A stretch of DNA of 64,000 bases from an uncultured Gammaproteobacteria bacterium (GTDB lineage: Bacteria; Pseudomonadota; Gammaproteobacteria; UBA9214), in contig CAVVHS010000007.1 in assembly GCA_963748215.1 (NCBI GenBank), forward strand, positions 128,001 to 192,000, given 5' to 3'. Each line of letters opens with the position of its first letter. The stretch's first letter is position 1. A model generated the notes under the pieces. It had not been told where the DNA came from, did not search any database, and saw nothing but the letters and a program-made list of their open reading frames with translations. This document shows, piece after piece, positions 1-12,778 of this stretch. The position numbers and the translations under genes were made by a program.

Positions 1-1539
1 GCCACCCATGCCGCGGACGGTTATGCGCGTTCGACCGGCAAGCCGGGTGTGGTGCTGGTAACGTCCGGTCCGGGTGCAACCAATGCCGTAACGGGTATCG
101 CCACTGCGTACATGGACTCGATTCCACTGGTGGTGTTCACCGGCCAGGTGCCGACCCACCTGATCGGCAACGATGCCTTCCAGGAGGCCGACAACATCGG
201 CATCACGCGGCCCTGCGTGAAACACAACTTCCTGGTGAAGGACGTCACGAAACTCGCCGAGACCATCAAGAAGGCCTTCTATGTCGCGACCACCGGCCGG
301 CCGGGTCCCGTGGTGGTCGATATTCCCAAGGACATCACGGCGCACAAGACCGAGTATCACTATCCGGACAAGGTGCACATACGCTCCTACAACCCGGTGC
401 TTGTCGGCCATATTGGCCAGATCAAGCGGGCCGTGAGCCTGATGCTGGGTGCCAAACGGCCGATGGTCTACACCGGCGGTGGCGTAATTCTCAGCGATGC
501 CGCGGAATCCCTGACCACGCTTGCACGCGAGCTCAACTTCCCGGTGACCAATACCCTGATGGGCCTGGGCGGTTACCCGGCGACGGACCGGCAGTTCGTC
601 GGCATGCTGGGCATGCATGGCACCTACGAGGCCAATATGGCCATGCACCACTGCGATGTGCTGATCGCAATCGGTGCGCGCTTCGATGACCGCGTAACCG
701 GCAATATCGAGAAATTCTGCCCGCATGCAAGGATCGTTCACATCGATATCGATCCGGCGAGTATCTCCAAGAACGTCAAGGTGGACATCCCCATCGTCGG
801 CTGTGTCGACAACGTGCTCAAGTCCATGCTCGCAGAACTTGGCAACAATGCTCAGAGGCCGGATGCCGCGGCGCTGGCGGCCTGGTGGCAACAGATCGAT
901 GAGTGGCGCTCGCGTGACTGCCTCAAATACGACGGGGACAGCGAGTTCATCAAGCCGCAATACGTGGTCGAGACGCTTTACAAGGTGACCAACGGCGATG
1001 CCTTCATCACCTCCGACGTAGGCCAGCACCAGATGTGGGCGGCGCAATTCTACAAGTTCGACAAGCCACGGCGCTGGATCAATTCCGGCGGGCTTGGAAC
1101 AATGGGATTTGGCCTGCCGGCAGCCATGGGCGTGCAGTTTGCCCATCCCGAAAGCACGGTGGCCTGTATCACCGGCGAGGGCAGTATCCAGATGTGCATC
1201 CAGGAACTGTCCACCTGCCGCCAGTACTCATTGCCGATCAAGATCATCAACCTGAATAACGGTTACCTCGGCATGGTGCGCCAGTGGCAGGAGTTCTTCT
1301 ATCAGAAGCGCTACGCCATGTCGTACATGGAATCGCTGCCGGACTTCGTGAAGCTCGCGGAAAGCTACGGTCACGTGGGTATCCAGGTGACGCGGCCTGC
1401 CGATGTCGAGGGTGCGCTGATCGAGGCGATGCGGCAGAAGGACCGGCTGGTATTCCTGGATTTCCTGACCGACAGGGAAGAGAATGTTTACCCGATGATT
1501 CCGGCCGGCGGTGGCCAGAACGAAATGATCCTGATCTAG
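1..1539 (+). CDS. ilvB: Acetolactate synthase large subunit (5' truncated by window)
   Basis: Frame open from base 1 ([28 protein letters not shown]); TPP-binding motifs [10 protein letters not shown] and LGMVRQWQ; followed by ilvH and ilvC. Confidence 0.97.
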   Translation, partial: ATHAADGYARSTGKPGVVLVTSGPGATNAVTGIATAYMDSIPLVVFTGQVPTHLIGNDAFQEADNIGITRPCVKHNFLVKDVTKLAETIKKAFYVATTGRPGPVVVDIPKDITAHKTEYHYPDKVHIRSYNPVLVGHIGQIKRAVSLMLGAKRPMVYTGGGVILSDAAESLTTLARELNFPVTNTLMGLGGYPATDRQFVGMLGMHGTYEANMAMHHCDVLIAIGARFDDRVTGNIEKFCPHARIVHIDIDPASISKNVKVDIPIVGCVDNVLKSMLAELGNNAQRPDAAALAAWWQQIDEWRSRDCLKYDGDSEFIKPQYVVETLYKVTNGDAFITSDVGQHQMWAAQFYKFDKPRRWINSGGLGTMGFGLPAAMGVQFAHPESTVACITGEGSIQMCIQELSTCRQYSLPIKIINLNNGYLGMVRQWQEFFYQKRYAMSYMESLPDFVKLAESYGHVGIQVTRPADVEGALIEAMRQKDRLVFLDFLTDREENVYPMIPAGGGQNEMILI

Positions 1540-1802
1540 GGCCTGTTCACACTACCCGAATCGTAGCGTTGCTGCCCCAAATCGGGTCAGGCAAGGCGCG
1601 AGGAGAGAAGTTTGGTGATTCCAAATGAACGACGAGCAACGCAGCATGACCCGATTTGGGGCGCAACCCGGAGGGACGGGGCTATTTTCCCGTCCAACGG
1701 CGTTGCTGCTCGCTTATGTACTTCAGTACACTGCGCTCGCAGCGTCTTGTTGGCCGAAAAAATGGCCTCCGTCGCTACGATTCGGGTAGTGTGAACAGGC
1801 CA
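1539..1802. mobile_element. MITE with 29-bp perfect terminal inverted repeats and probable TA target duplication
   Basis: ggcctgttcacactacccgaatcgtagcg (1540-1568) and its exact reverse complement (1773-1801); TA at 1537-38 and 1803-04; internal 16-bp inverted repeat 1574-1589/1647-1662. Confidence 0.85.
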
Positions 1803-1806
1803 TAAT

Positions 1807-2298
1807 ATGCGCCATATCATCTCAATCCTGATGGAAAACGAGGCGGGTGCGCTGTCGCGCGTGGCCGGGCTGTTTTCGGCGCGCGGCTACAATATCGAGT
1901 CACTGACCGTCGCGCCTACCGAGGATGCCTCGCTGTCGCGCATGACACTGGTAACCAGTGGCACCGACGAGATCATCGAGCAGATCACCAAGCAGCTCAA
2001 CAAGCTGATCGACGTGGTCAAGCTGATGGATATGACCGATGGCCCGCATATCGAGCGCGAGATGATGCTGATCAAGGTCAGGGCGCAGGGCGACAAGCGC
2101 AACGAACTCAAGCGGATGTCGGACATCTTCCGCGGGCGCATCATCGACGTGACCGCAGAGACCTATACCATCGAGATGACCGGGGCGGGCGACAAGCTGG
2201 ATGCCTTCGTGCAGGCGCTGGACCCGGGACTGATCCTCGAGGTCGTACGCTCCGGCGTGTCCGGTATCGGGCGCGGTGACCGGTCGCTGAAACTCTGA
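1807..2298 (+). CDS. ilvH: Acetolactate synthase small regulatory subunit
   Basis: MRHIISILMENEAGALSRVAGLFSARGYNIESL ACT domain. Confidence 0.97.
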   Translation: MRHIISILMENEAGALSRVAGLFSARGYNIESLTVAPTEDASLSRMTLVTSGTDEIIEQITKQLNKLIDVVKLMDMTDGPHIEREMMLIKVRAQGDKRNELKRMSDIFRGRIIDVTAETYTIEMTGAGDKLDAFVQALDPGLILEVVRSGVSGIGRGDRSLKL

Positions 2299-2332
2299 AC
2301 GAACGCTACAGCGGTCTTTCAATCACACATGA

Positions 2333-3394
<1,062 letters not shown>

Positions 3395-3439
3395 GCTCTC
3401 GTCAGCACTGATGCTGCCAGAACATTCGGGTGTCCGGAC

Positions 3440-4051
3440 ATGAACCGTAATACCCTGATTTCACGCCAGGGGCTGTTGCCCTTGCTGGCTTCAACGCTGA
3501 CGGCAGTGCTGGTGCTGCACTTCGTTGGTCTGCGCGAGTCGCTGGCTTTCTGGGCGCTGGCGTTGCTGATACTGGTCCTGTTCCGTGATCCGGAACGCGA
3601 GGTGCCGTCCATCCCGCTGTCCGTGCTCAGTCCCGCGGACGGCCGTGTCGTTGTGATCGAGCAAACCGAAGACCCCTACCTGCGCCGGCCCAGTCTGAAG
3701 GTTTCCATCGACATGAATGCCTACGGTGTCTATACCACGCGCAGCCCCATCGGCGGCAAGGTGCTGGAACCGCCGAGCCACCTCGATGGCAAGCAGCAAC
3801 CGCACGGTGTCTGGCTGCAAACCGACGAGGGTGATGATGTCGTGCTGGTCATGAACAGGGGGCGTCTGAACAACAAGCCGCATTGTTACATTCGTTTTGG
3901 CGATCGGGTCGGCCAGGGCAAACGCTGCGGTTTTGTGCACCTGGGCGGACGTGTCGACATGTACCTGCCCGAGAACAGTCAGTCACAGGTTACCGTTGGC
4001 AGGACCGTGCGCGCCGGTGCCGACGTGATCGCCAGGCTGATCCATAACTGA
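3440..4051 (+). CDS. Phosphatidylserine decarboxylase-family protein (catalytic residues apparently missing)
   Basis: FRDPER, SPADGRV, G-x-R-x-G...RVDMYLP; position between ilvC and pssA; FGS self-cleavage motif reads LGG. Confidence 0.85.
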   Translation: MNRNTLISRQGLLPLLASTLTAVLVLHFVGLRESLAFWALALLILVLFRDPEREVPSIPLSVLSPADGRVVVIEQTEDPYLRRPSLKVSIDMNAYGVYTTRSPIGGKVLEPPSHLDGKQQPHGVWLQTDEGDDVVLVMNRGRLNNKPHCYIRFGDRVGQGKRCGFVHLGGRVDMYLPENSQSQVTVGRTVRAGADVIARLIHN

Positions 4052-4052
4052 C

Positions 4053-4847
4053 ATGGAAGAGCATCATAATGACTTTGGTGATGATGAGACCGTAGAAAGG
4101 AAGCGCCGCGGCATCTACCTGTTGCCCAACATGATCACCACGGCCGGGTTGTTTGCCGGCTTTTATTCCATCGTTGCAGCGATGAATAACCGCTTCGAGG
4201 CGGCCGCAATCGCCATTTTCGTGGCGATGATCATGGACGGGATCGACGGCCGCGTGGCGCGGTTGACCAACACCCAGAGCGAGTTCGGCGTCCAGTACGA
4301 CAGCCTCTCGGACATGGTCTGTTTCGGGCTGGCGCCCGCGCTGGTCATGTACGAGTGGTCATTGCAGTCCATGATGAGCGTGGGCTGGGCCAAGCTGGGC
4401 TGGCTGGCCGCGTTCATCTATACGGCCAGCGCCGCGCTGCGACTGGCGCGTTTCAATGCGCAGGTCACCACTGCTGAGAAAAAGTACTTCCGCGGTCTGC
4501 CGAGTCCGTCCGCGGCCGGTGTGCTGGCGGGCCTGGTGTGGGCGGCCACCGATCTGGGCATCGCCGGTGAGGACCTGGTCTATGCGGTGTTCGTACTGAC
4601 GGTGGCGACCGGTATGCTGATGGTCAGCAATATCCGCTATTTCAGTTTCAAGGAATTCAACTTCAAGAACCGGGTGCCGGTAGTCGCCCTGTTGCTGGTG
4701 GTGCTGGTCTATGCCTTTGCATCCATCGATCCGCCCAAGGTGCTGTTCGCGGGCTTCCTGGTTTATGCGATTTCCGGGATCGTCTACACATTGGTGTTGG
4801 TCCGCAACCGGCGCAGGGCCAGACGTCATGGTGAACAGGGCGGATAG
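4053..4847 (+). CDS. pssA: CDP-diacylglycerol--serine O-phosphatidyltransferase
   Basis: DGIDGRVARLTNTQSEFGVQYDSLSD CDP-alcohol phosphotransferase motif; RLARFN. Confidence 0.95.
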   Translation: MEEHHNDFGDDETVERKRRGIYLLPNMITTAGLFAGFYSIVAAMNNRFEAAAIAIFVAMIMDGIDGRVARLTNTQSEFGVQYDSLSDMVCFGLAPALVMYEWSLQSMMSVGWAKLGWLAAFIYTASAALRLARFNAQVTTAEKKYFRGLPSPSAAGVLAGLVWAATDLGIAGEDLVYAVFVLTVATGMLMVSNIRYFSFKEFNFKNRVPVVALLLVVLVYAFASIDPPKVLFAGFLVYAISGIVYTLVLVRNRRRARRHGEQGG

Positions 4848-4893
4848 GTACCTGGGGTTGCAAACGGGGCCTGTTTGCCTATAGTCTTGGAAT

Positions 4894-4995
4894 ATGAATT
4901 GTGCAATCAACAGCGCACGTAATAATCAGGCCACCCCGACCCGGGTGGCCTTGTTGCTGCTGTCCCTCCTGCGACTGCTGCCTGCGGGCAGATAA
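4894..4995 (+). CDS. Putative leucine leader peptide MNCAINSARNNQATPTRVALLLLSLLRLLPAGR
   Basis: 33-aa ORF below the ORF-track cutoff; 8 Leu in 10 consecutive codons; ends 132 bp before leuA. Confidence 0.75.
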   Translation: MNCAINSARNNQATPTRVALLLLSLLRLLPAGR

Positions 4996-5127
4996 TTCCC
5001 TGCCTGGCGAGGCGAAACGCACCCAGACACTACCCAGCCAGCCGCCGACAACCGGCAGATTTTCTACTATGCTGGCGCAAACCAGTGAAGGCGACCCTTT
5101 TGGCGAGCGGACGCCCGCGGGAGCAGG
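4929..5127 (+). promoter_or_regulatory. Putative translational attenuator of leuA
   Basis: Hairpin ggccacc..ggtggcc at 4929-4950; 4975-4989 (ctgctgcctgcgggc) can pair with 5113-5126 (gcccgcgggagcag), which covers the leuA SD. Confidence 0.6.
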
Positions 5128-6673
<1,546 letters not shown>

Positions 6674-6681
<8 letters not shown>

Positions 6682-7402
6682 GGGGTTGCGGGGGATGGAT
6701 GCCAGACTGCAGAACGCCTACCTGGAAGCGCTGGGTATCCAGCGCTGGGTGGTGCACAGGGTGTCTTCAGCGGTTGCCGATCCGGCCGATGGGCCGCGTG
6801 AGGAGGCACGGCAAGATGACACCGTCGGCACCATGGGCTGGGAGGCATTGCGGGCACAGGCCGCCGGCTGCACGCGTTGCGCCTTGCACGAGACGCGCAC
6901 GCAGGTGGTGTTCGGTATCGGTGACCGTAATGCCGACTGGATGCTGATCGGCGAGGCGCCGGGCGCCGATGAGGACCGTCAGGGTGAACCGTTCGTAGGG
7001 CGTGCCGGACAGTTGCTGAACGAGATGCTGTTTGCCGCAGGTTATCGGCGCGAACAGGTGTACATCGCCAATATTCTAAAGTGCCGGCCACCGGGAAATC
7101 GCAACCCGCAACCGGAAGAAGTGAGTCGCTGTGAAGACTACCTGCTGCGCCAGATCGAACTTGTGCAGCCGAAGATCATCCTGGCGCTGGGCGGTATCGC
7201 TGCGCAGAACCTGCTGCATACGGATGTGAGCGTCGGCCGCTTGCGCGGTATCAGGCACAGTTTCGGTGAACCGGGCATCCCTCTGGTCGTGACCTACCAC
7301 CCGGCCTACCTGTTGCGCTCGCCACTGGAAAAACGCAAGGTCTGGATTGATCTGCAGTTTGCCAGAGAGGTTTACAGCGAGCTTCAGGCCACAAATGATT
7401 GA
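6674..7402 (+). CDS. Uracil-DNA glycosylase, family 4 (Fe-S)
   Basis: Cxx[24 protein letters not shown]; start 6674 or 6698. Confidence 0.9.
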
Positions 7403-7429
7403 AGAAAACTGTGACGAGCAACAAACACA

Positions 7430-7894
7430 ATGAGCGCCATATTAAAAGCTCCTGCCCTTGAATTCCGACCCATGCGGCAGGAAGACCTCGATGAGATCAT
7501 GGATATCGAGAGTCGCAGTTATCCTTTTCCATGGACGGCGTCGATATTCGGCGATTGCCTGCATGCCGGCTACAGTTGCTGGGTATGTACCCGCGCCGGG
7601 GTCATTGAGGCCTATGGCATTATCACGGTTGCCGTCGGTGAATCACACCTGCTGAACCTGTGTGTGAGGGAGGAAGCGAGATCCCGGGGCGTGGGCCGGA
7701 AAATGCTCAGGCACCTGATATCCATCGCACGCCGCCATGACGCTGATATTCTGTTCCTGGAGGTGCGCGTCTCGAACCTGTCCGCGCGCAAGCTCTACGA
7801 AAACGAGGGTTTCAACGAACTCGGTACGCGCAGGGCCTACTACCCCCTGCACGGTGGCAGGGAAGATGCGCTGATCCTGGCCAGGACGCTGTAA
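7430..7894 (+). CDS. rimI: Ribosomal protein S18 alanine N-acetyltransferase
   Basis: GNAT: FLEVRVSN, LYENEGF, RRAYY, EDALI. Confidence 0.93.
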   Translation: MSAILKAPALEFRPMRQEDLDEIMDIESRSYPFPWTASIFGDCLHAGYSCWVCTRAGVIEAYGIITVAVGESHLLNLCVREEARSRGVGRKMLRHLISIARRHDADILFLEVRVSNLSARKLYENEGFNELGTRRAYYPLHGGREDALILARTL

Positions 7895-7965
7895 TTTCCA
7901 ACACTCCGGCGTCTGTATAAGTTAAAATACCCGTTTTACGAGAATCCCTCCGTTTTTCACCACCC

Positions 7966-9546
7966 ATGAGCAGCAAGAAGACCGAGACGGCGCGTCGCCG
8001 TACCTTTGCAATCATCTCGCATCCCGATGCGGGCAAGACCACACTGACAGAAAAACTGTTGCTGTTCGGCGGCGCAATCCAGCTTGCCGGTTCCGTCAAG
8101 GGACGCAAGGCGGCGCGGCATGCCACTTCCGACTGGATGGAGCTGGAGAAGCAGCGCGGGATATCCGTGACATCATCCGTTATGCAGTTTCCCTATGGCG
8201 GTGCTGTCGTCAACCTGCTCGACACGCCCGGCCACGAGGACTTTTCCGAGGATACCTATCGAACGCTGACCGCTGTCGACTCGGCGATGATGGTGATTGA
8301 CTGCGCCAAGGGCGTGGAGGCTCGCACGATCAAGCTCATGGAAGTGTGCCGCCTGCGCGATACCCCGATTTGCACCTTCATCAACAAGCTCGACCGGGAA
8401 GGGCGTGACCCTATCGAGCTGCTTGATGAAATCGAAGAGGTGCTGAAGATCAGGTGTGCGCCGGTGACCTGGCCGGTCGGCATGGGCAAGCGGCTCAAGG
8501 GCATTTACCACATGCTGAATGATGCCGTGCATCTGTACGAACCGGGCAAACACAGTCAGCGCCAGGAAGTCAGGAAAATCAATGGCATGGATAACCCCTT
8601 GCTCGATGAGCTGCTGGGCGACCAGGCCGCCGAGTTACGTGACGAGATTGACCTCGTCCGTGGAGCCAGCCATGCCTTCGACAAGACGGCTTACCTGGCA
8701 GGTGATATGACACCGGTATTCTTCGGCTCGGCGATCAATAATTTCGGTGTCAACGAATTGCTCGAACACTTCATTGCTACCGCGCCGTCACCATTGCCGC
8801 GCGCAACCACCACCCGTACTGTCGATCCGCAGGAGGAAAAATTCTCCGGCTTCGTGTTCAAGATACAGGCGAACATGGATCCCGCGCACCGTGATCGTAT
8901 TGCGTTCCTGAGGATATGTTCCGGTCGCTATCACAAGGGCATGAAGATGCATCATGTCCGGATTGGGCGCGACCTGCAGGTATCAAATGCACTTACCTTC
9001 CTCGCCTCGGACCGTGATCATGTCGACGAGGCGTTTGCCGGTGACATCATCGGTTTGCATAACCATGGCACTATCCGCATCGGCGATACCTTTACCCAGG
9101 GTGAAGATCTGAAATTCACCGGCATTCCGAGTTTTGCGCCGGAACTGTTCAGGCGCGCGGTGCTGCGTGATCCGCTGCGCATGAAAGCCCTGCAGAAAGG
9201 GCTGGACCAGCTGTGCGAGGAGGGTGCAACACAGCTGTTCCGACCGCTGAAAAACAACGACATGATCCTGGGTGCTGTCGGTATACTGCAATTCGATGTG
9301 GTCGCACATCGTCTCAAGCATGAATACGGCGTCGATTGCGCCTTTGAGTCGGTATCTGTCGCAACGGCGCGCTGGGTCGAGTGCAAGGATGATGCTGTCG
9401 AGGAGCGTTTTCGTGACAAGGCGTTCGAGAATCTCGGCGTAGATCAGGGTGGCGCGCTGGTTTACATCGCTCCAACTCGCGTGAATCTGGAGCTGGCGAT
9501 TGAGAAATGGCCTGACATCGTGTTTCACGCGACACGTGAGCACTGA
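7966..9546 (+). CDS. prfC: Peptide chain release factor 3
   Basis: [32 protein letters not shown]. Confidence 0.98.
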   Translation: MSSKKTETARRRTFAIISHPDAGKTTLTEKLLLFGGAIQLAGSVKGRKAARHATSDWMELEKQRGISVTSSVMQFPYGGAVVNLLDTPGHEDFSEDTYRTLTAVDSAMMVIDCAKGVEARTIKLMEVCRLRDTPICTFINKLDREGRDPIELLDEIEEVLKIRCAPVTWPVGMGKRLKGIYHMLNDAVHLYEPGKHSQRQEVRKINGMDNPLLDELLGDQAAELRDEIDLVRGASHAFDKTAYLAGDMTPVFFGSAINNFGVNELLEHFIATAPSPLPRATTTRTVDPQEEKFSGFVFKIQANMDPAHRDRIAFLRICSGRYHKGMKMHHVRIGRDLQVSNALTFLASDRDHVDEAFAGDIIGLHNHGTIRIGDTFTQGEDLKFTGIPSFAPELFRRAVLRDPLRMKALQKGLDQLCEEGATQLFRPLKNNDMILGAVGILQFDVVAHRLKHEYGVDCAFESVSVATARWVECKDDAVEERFRDKAFENLGVDQGGALVYIAPTRVNLELAIEKWPDIVFHATREH

Positions 9547-9550
9547 GTAA

Positions 9551-9988
9551 TCAGAAGTCGATCCAGTTGATAACGTAATCTTCGAAGTCTTCGCTGGGGA
9601 CTGATTGTTCATTAATAGTGCGGCCAGTCACCGAGATTCCCGCTTCCCTGACAGTGTCTGGATTGCCCGAGAGCAGTGGATGCCACCATTCGAGTGACCT
9701 GCCTTCCGCGAGTTTCCGGTATGCACAACTTCTCGGTAACCACTTAAACTGTTCCTTGTCCGCGACATCGATCACCAGGCAATCCCTGATCCGTGCCCTG
9801 CGGTGTTCGTAATCCGTGCAGCGGCAACTTTTCCCATCCAGCAGCTGGCATGCCACTTTGGTATAGAAAACCAGACCGGTGTCGATGTCCTCCAGTTTGT
9901 GCAGGCAGCAACGGCCACAGCCATCGCAGAGTGATTCCCACTCGGCAGGTGTCATTTCGTCGAGCTTTTTCTTATTCCAATATGCCAT
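9551..9988 (-). CDS. YcgN/UPF0260 cysteine-cluster protein
   Basis: WESLCDGCGRCCLHKLED, WLPRSCAYR, WHPLLSG. Confidence 0.9.
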   Translation of the reverse strand: MAYWNKKKLDEMTPAEWESLCDGCGRCCLHKLEDIDTGLVFYTKVACQLLDGKSCRCTDYEHRRARIRDCLVIDVADKEQFKWLPRSCAYRKLAEGRSLEWWHPLLSGNPDTVREAGISVTGRTINEQSVPSEDFEDYVINWIDF

Positions 9989-10071
9989 GCCTTCTGTAAC
10001 CATACGCCTGTCATTGCCATGCATTGCACCAGACTATCCATACCAAGTCCGGACCCGGGAGTAAAGAAATC

Positions 10072-11355
10072 ATGAGCCGTTCTCGACAAAAGTGGGGCTG
10101 GGCATTTTATGACTGGGCCAATTCTGCCTACTCGACGACAGTTATGGCGGGATTCTTCCCGGTATTTTTCAAGGAATACTGGAATGCTGGGCTGAGTGCG
10201 GTCGATAGTACGTTCAGGCTGGGAATGGCCAATTCCCTGGCCAGCCTGATCATTGTATTGATGGCGCCGGTACTCGGTGCGATTGCAGACAGTATGAGCC
10301 GTCGCAAGGCTATGCTGTTCGGGTTTGCCTTTCTGGGCATGCTGATGACCGGCGGTCTGTATCTCGTTGGCCAAGGTGACTGGATGCTGGCCGCAGTCCT
10401 GTATGGTATTTCAATGATAGGCTTTTCCGGAAGCAACGTTTTCTATGATTCGTTGTTGCCGTTTGTTTCAGATAATGAAGATGTCGACCGGGTATCGGCA
10501 CTGGGATTTTCGCTGGGTTATCTGGGCGGCGGCTTGTTGCTGTCGGTAAATGTGTTGATGACAATGCACCCGTCCTGGTTCGGACTGGTGGACGCTGAAT
10601 CAGCAGTAAGATTTTCCTTTCTCATCGTCGCTTGCTGGTGGATGTTGTTTTCCATGCCGCTGATGCTGCTCGTAGAGGAGCCGCGATTGCCAGCAAATGA
10701 CAGTCCTGTGTATTACATCGGGCAGGGATTCGTGCGTATCTGGCATACCCTGCATGAGATCAGGGCAATGCGCAACATCTGGATGTTTCTGATAGCTTAC
10801 TGGCTGTACATCGATGGTATAGACACCATTATACGCATGGCGGTTGATTATGGACTGTCGCTCGGATTCGACCAGAATAGCCTGATTGCGGCACTGCTGA
10901 TCACTCAGTTCGTCGGGTTCCCGTCTGCGCTGGCTTTCGGGTGGCTTGGCAGCAGGTATGGGCCAAAAGCAGGAATCATTACCGGTTTGTTGATTTACAT
11001 GGTTGTTACCGTCTGGGCGTCACTCATGAGCACGGCCACTGAGTTCTATGTCCTGGCGCTGATGATCGGGCTTGCGCAGGGAGGTGTGCAGGCACTCAGT
11101 CGATCTTTGTATGCGCGCATGATTCCGGAAAACCGTACAGCAGAATTTTTTGGCTTTTACAACATGCTTGGAAAGTTCGCCGCAATCATTGGGCCGGTTA
11201 TGATGGGGTGGGTCGGGGTATTGGCGAATAGTTCACGCGTCGGTATATTGTCGCTACTGGTATTGTTTGTCATTGGTGCAATGGTGCTTCTGAAGGTGGA
11301 TCCGGGCGCGCAGAATTCACCACATGCACTGAAAAGTAAGAGCAGCAGTATTTAA
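10072..11355 (+). CDS. MFS transporter, UMF1/ATG22-like family
   Basis: WAFYDWANSAY, QALSRSLY, about 12 hydrophobic segments. Confidence 0.9.
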   Translation: MSRSRQKWGWAFYDWANSAYSTTVMAGFFPVFFKEYWNAGLSAVDSTFRLGMANSLASLIIVLMAPVLGAIADSMSRRKAMLFGFAFLGMLMTGGLYLVGQGDWMLAAVLYGISMIGFSGSNVFYDSLLPFVSDNEDVDRVSALGFSLGYLGGGLLLSVNVLMTMHPSWFGLVDAESAVRFSFLIVACWWMLFSMPLMLLVEEPRLPANDSPVYYIGQGFVRIWHTLHEIRAMRNIWMFLIAYWLYIDGIDTIIRMAVDYGLSLGFDQNSLIAALLITQFVGFPSALAFGWLGSRYGPKAGIITGLLIYMVVTVWASLMSTATEFYVLALMIGLAQGGVQALSRSLYARMIPENRTAEFFGFYNMLGKFAAIIGPVMMGWVGVLANSSRVGILSLLVLFVIGAMVLLKVDPGAQNSPHALKSKSSSI

Positions 11356-11523
11356 TAAAATTATTAAAAACATATATTTAATAAATGCATGAACTTGCAG
11401 GTCGTGTAAGAATTTGATTACACGTATCAATATATGTAAAGTTTGTTCTGAAAAACAATACAAACAATAGAGTTTTTATGCAGCCAACATGATCTAGATA
11501 ACTGCGGACATCGGAGGTACGCC

Positions 11524-12432
11524 ATGGATAACAATAACAGCTCGGTAGTTACCCAGTTTTATGACCAGCTGGTAACTGACTTTGATCAGGGAAAAGGTGT
11601 GATGTGGTGCTATGCGAATCCTAGTCCACGACCATGTTTCACACCTGAACTATTGCAAGACTTGATCAGGTTTTTTAATGCAACAAGAAGCAAAATTACA
11701 GCTGATTTAGATCTAGGTCTTCCGTCACCTATCAAATATTTAATTCTTGGCTCATATAAACCAGGCATTTTTAGTCTTGGGGGCGATCTTGATTTATTTA
11801 CAAAGTGCATAAAAGAAAATGATCGCGAGAAATTAGAAAGTTATATGCGGTTAAGTATAGATGTACTGTTTGAAACTTATTCCAACATACATCTCCCACT
11901 TACTACAATTGCACTAATAAGGGGGAATGCACTTGGTGCGGGTTTCGAAGGCGCTCTTGCATGTGACTATTTGGTGGCGGAAAAGAGCGTGCAACTTGGT
12001 TTCCCGGAGGTTTTATTCAATATGTTCCCTGGCATGGGAGCGTATAGCTTTTTAGCTCGCAGAATAAGTCCAGTCAATATTGAGAAAATGATATTAAGTG
12101 GACGAATATATACTGCAGAAGAGCTATTTGAGCTCGGGGTTGTCGATTACCTTGCTGAAGATGGTGAAGGTGTGAATGAGGTTAATGACCTTATGAGGCA
12201 GCATGAGAAAAATACAAATACTCGAAAATCATTACTAAAAATACGTAATCGCGTAAACCCTGTAACCCACGAGGAGTTACTCGATATAGGTAATATCTGG
12301 GTAGATGCTGCAATGTCATTATCAGATAGAGATTTAAAAATAATGCAGAGGCTTATACGATCACAAGACAGAATGGCTCAATCGCTCGTGAATACTGTAG
12401 ATATCAAGGAAAAGAAGGTAAGTACTTCGTGA
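11524..12432 (+). CDS. rpfF: DSF synthase (crotonase/enoyl-CoA hydratase-like)
   Basis: PRPCFT, FSLGGDL, GAGFEGAL and GFPEVLFNMFPGMGAYSFL with both catalytic Glu; convergent with rpfC/rpfG-like genes. Confidence 0.88.
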   Translation: MDNNNSSVVTQFYDQLVTDFDQGKGVMWCYANPSPRPCFTPELLQDLIRFFNATRSKITADLDLGLPSPIKYLILGSYKPGIFSLGGDLDLFTKCIKENDREKLESYMRLSIDVLFETYSNIHLPLTTIALIRGNALGAGFEGALACDYLVAEKSVQLGFPEVLFNMFPGMGAYSFLARRISPVNIEKMILSGRIYTAEELFELGVVDYLAEDGEGVNEVNDLMRQHEKNTNTRKSLLKIRNRVNPVTHEELLDIGNIWVDAAMSLSDRDLKIMQRLIRSQDRMAQSLVNTVDIKEKKVSTS

Positions 12433-12466
12433 AGTAGGGCTGTTCTACATTTTCTAAATTATACCT

Positions 12467-12715
12467 ATGAATGATGAATTGGCAGAAATTATGTGCAGTG
12501 CTCTAAACAGTGATAGAAGTATAGATGAGCTTGCAATAAAACTTGGCGAGATAAAGACTCGAATTAGACATGAAAGGACTTATCTTGATAGTGATCGAGA
12601 AATAATAACCAAGCTACAAAGTATTGAAGCTTTATTAGAGCGTATGATTCTTCACGGATTTTATAAAGAACAACATAGGGTTTCGTCAAAGCCAGTCTTA
12701 AAAATAATAAAATGA
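12467..12715 (+). CDS. Hypothetical 82-aa helical protein downstream of rpfF
   Basis: Long ORF in AT-rich DNA, co-oriented with rpfF and 34 bp after it. Confidence 0.6.
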   Translation: MNDELAEIMCSALNSDRSIDELAIKLGEIKTRIRHERTYLDSDREIITKLQSIEALLERMILHGFYKEQHRVSSKPVLKIIK

Positions 12716-12778
12716 TATAAACTGCAGTACCCCAGGATTGACCAGACAGACAATTTTAAACAGCATATTTATTTAATT

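Noticed and set aside
1587-1820. ORFs within the ilvB-ilvH spacer
   Set aside because: They lie within the MITE and reflect its inverted repeats; no transposase motifs.
11414-11430. FNR box (TTGAT..ATCAA)
   Set aside because: The half-sites are 7 bp apart instead of the required 4.
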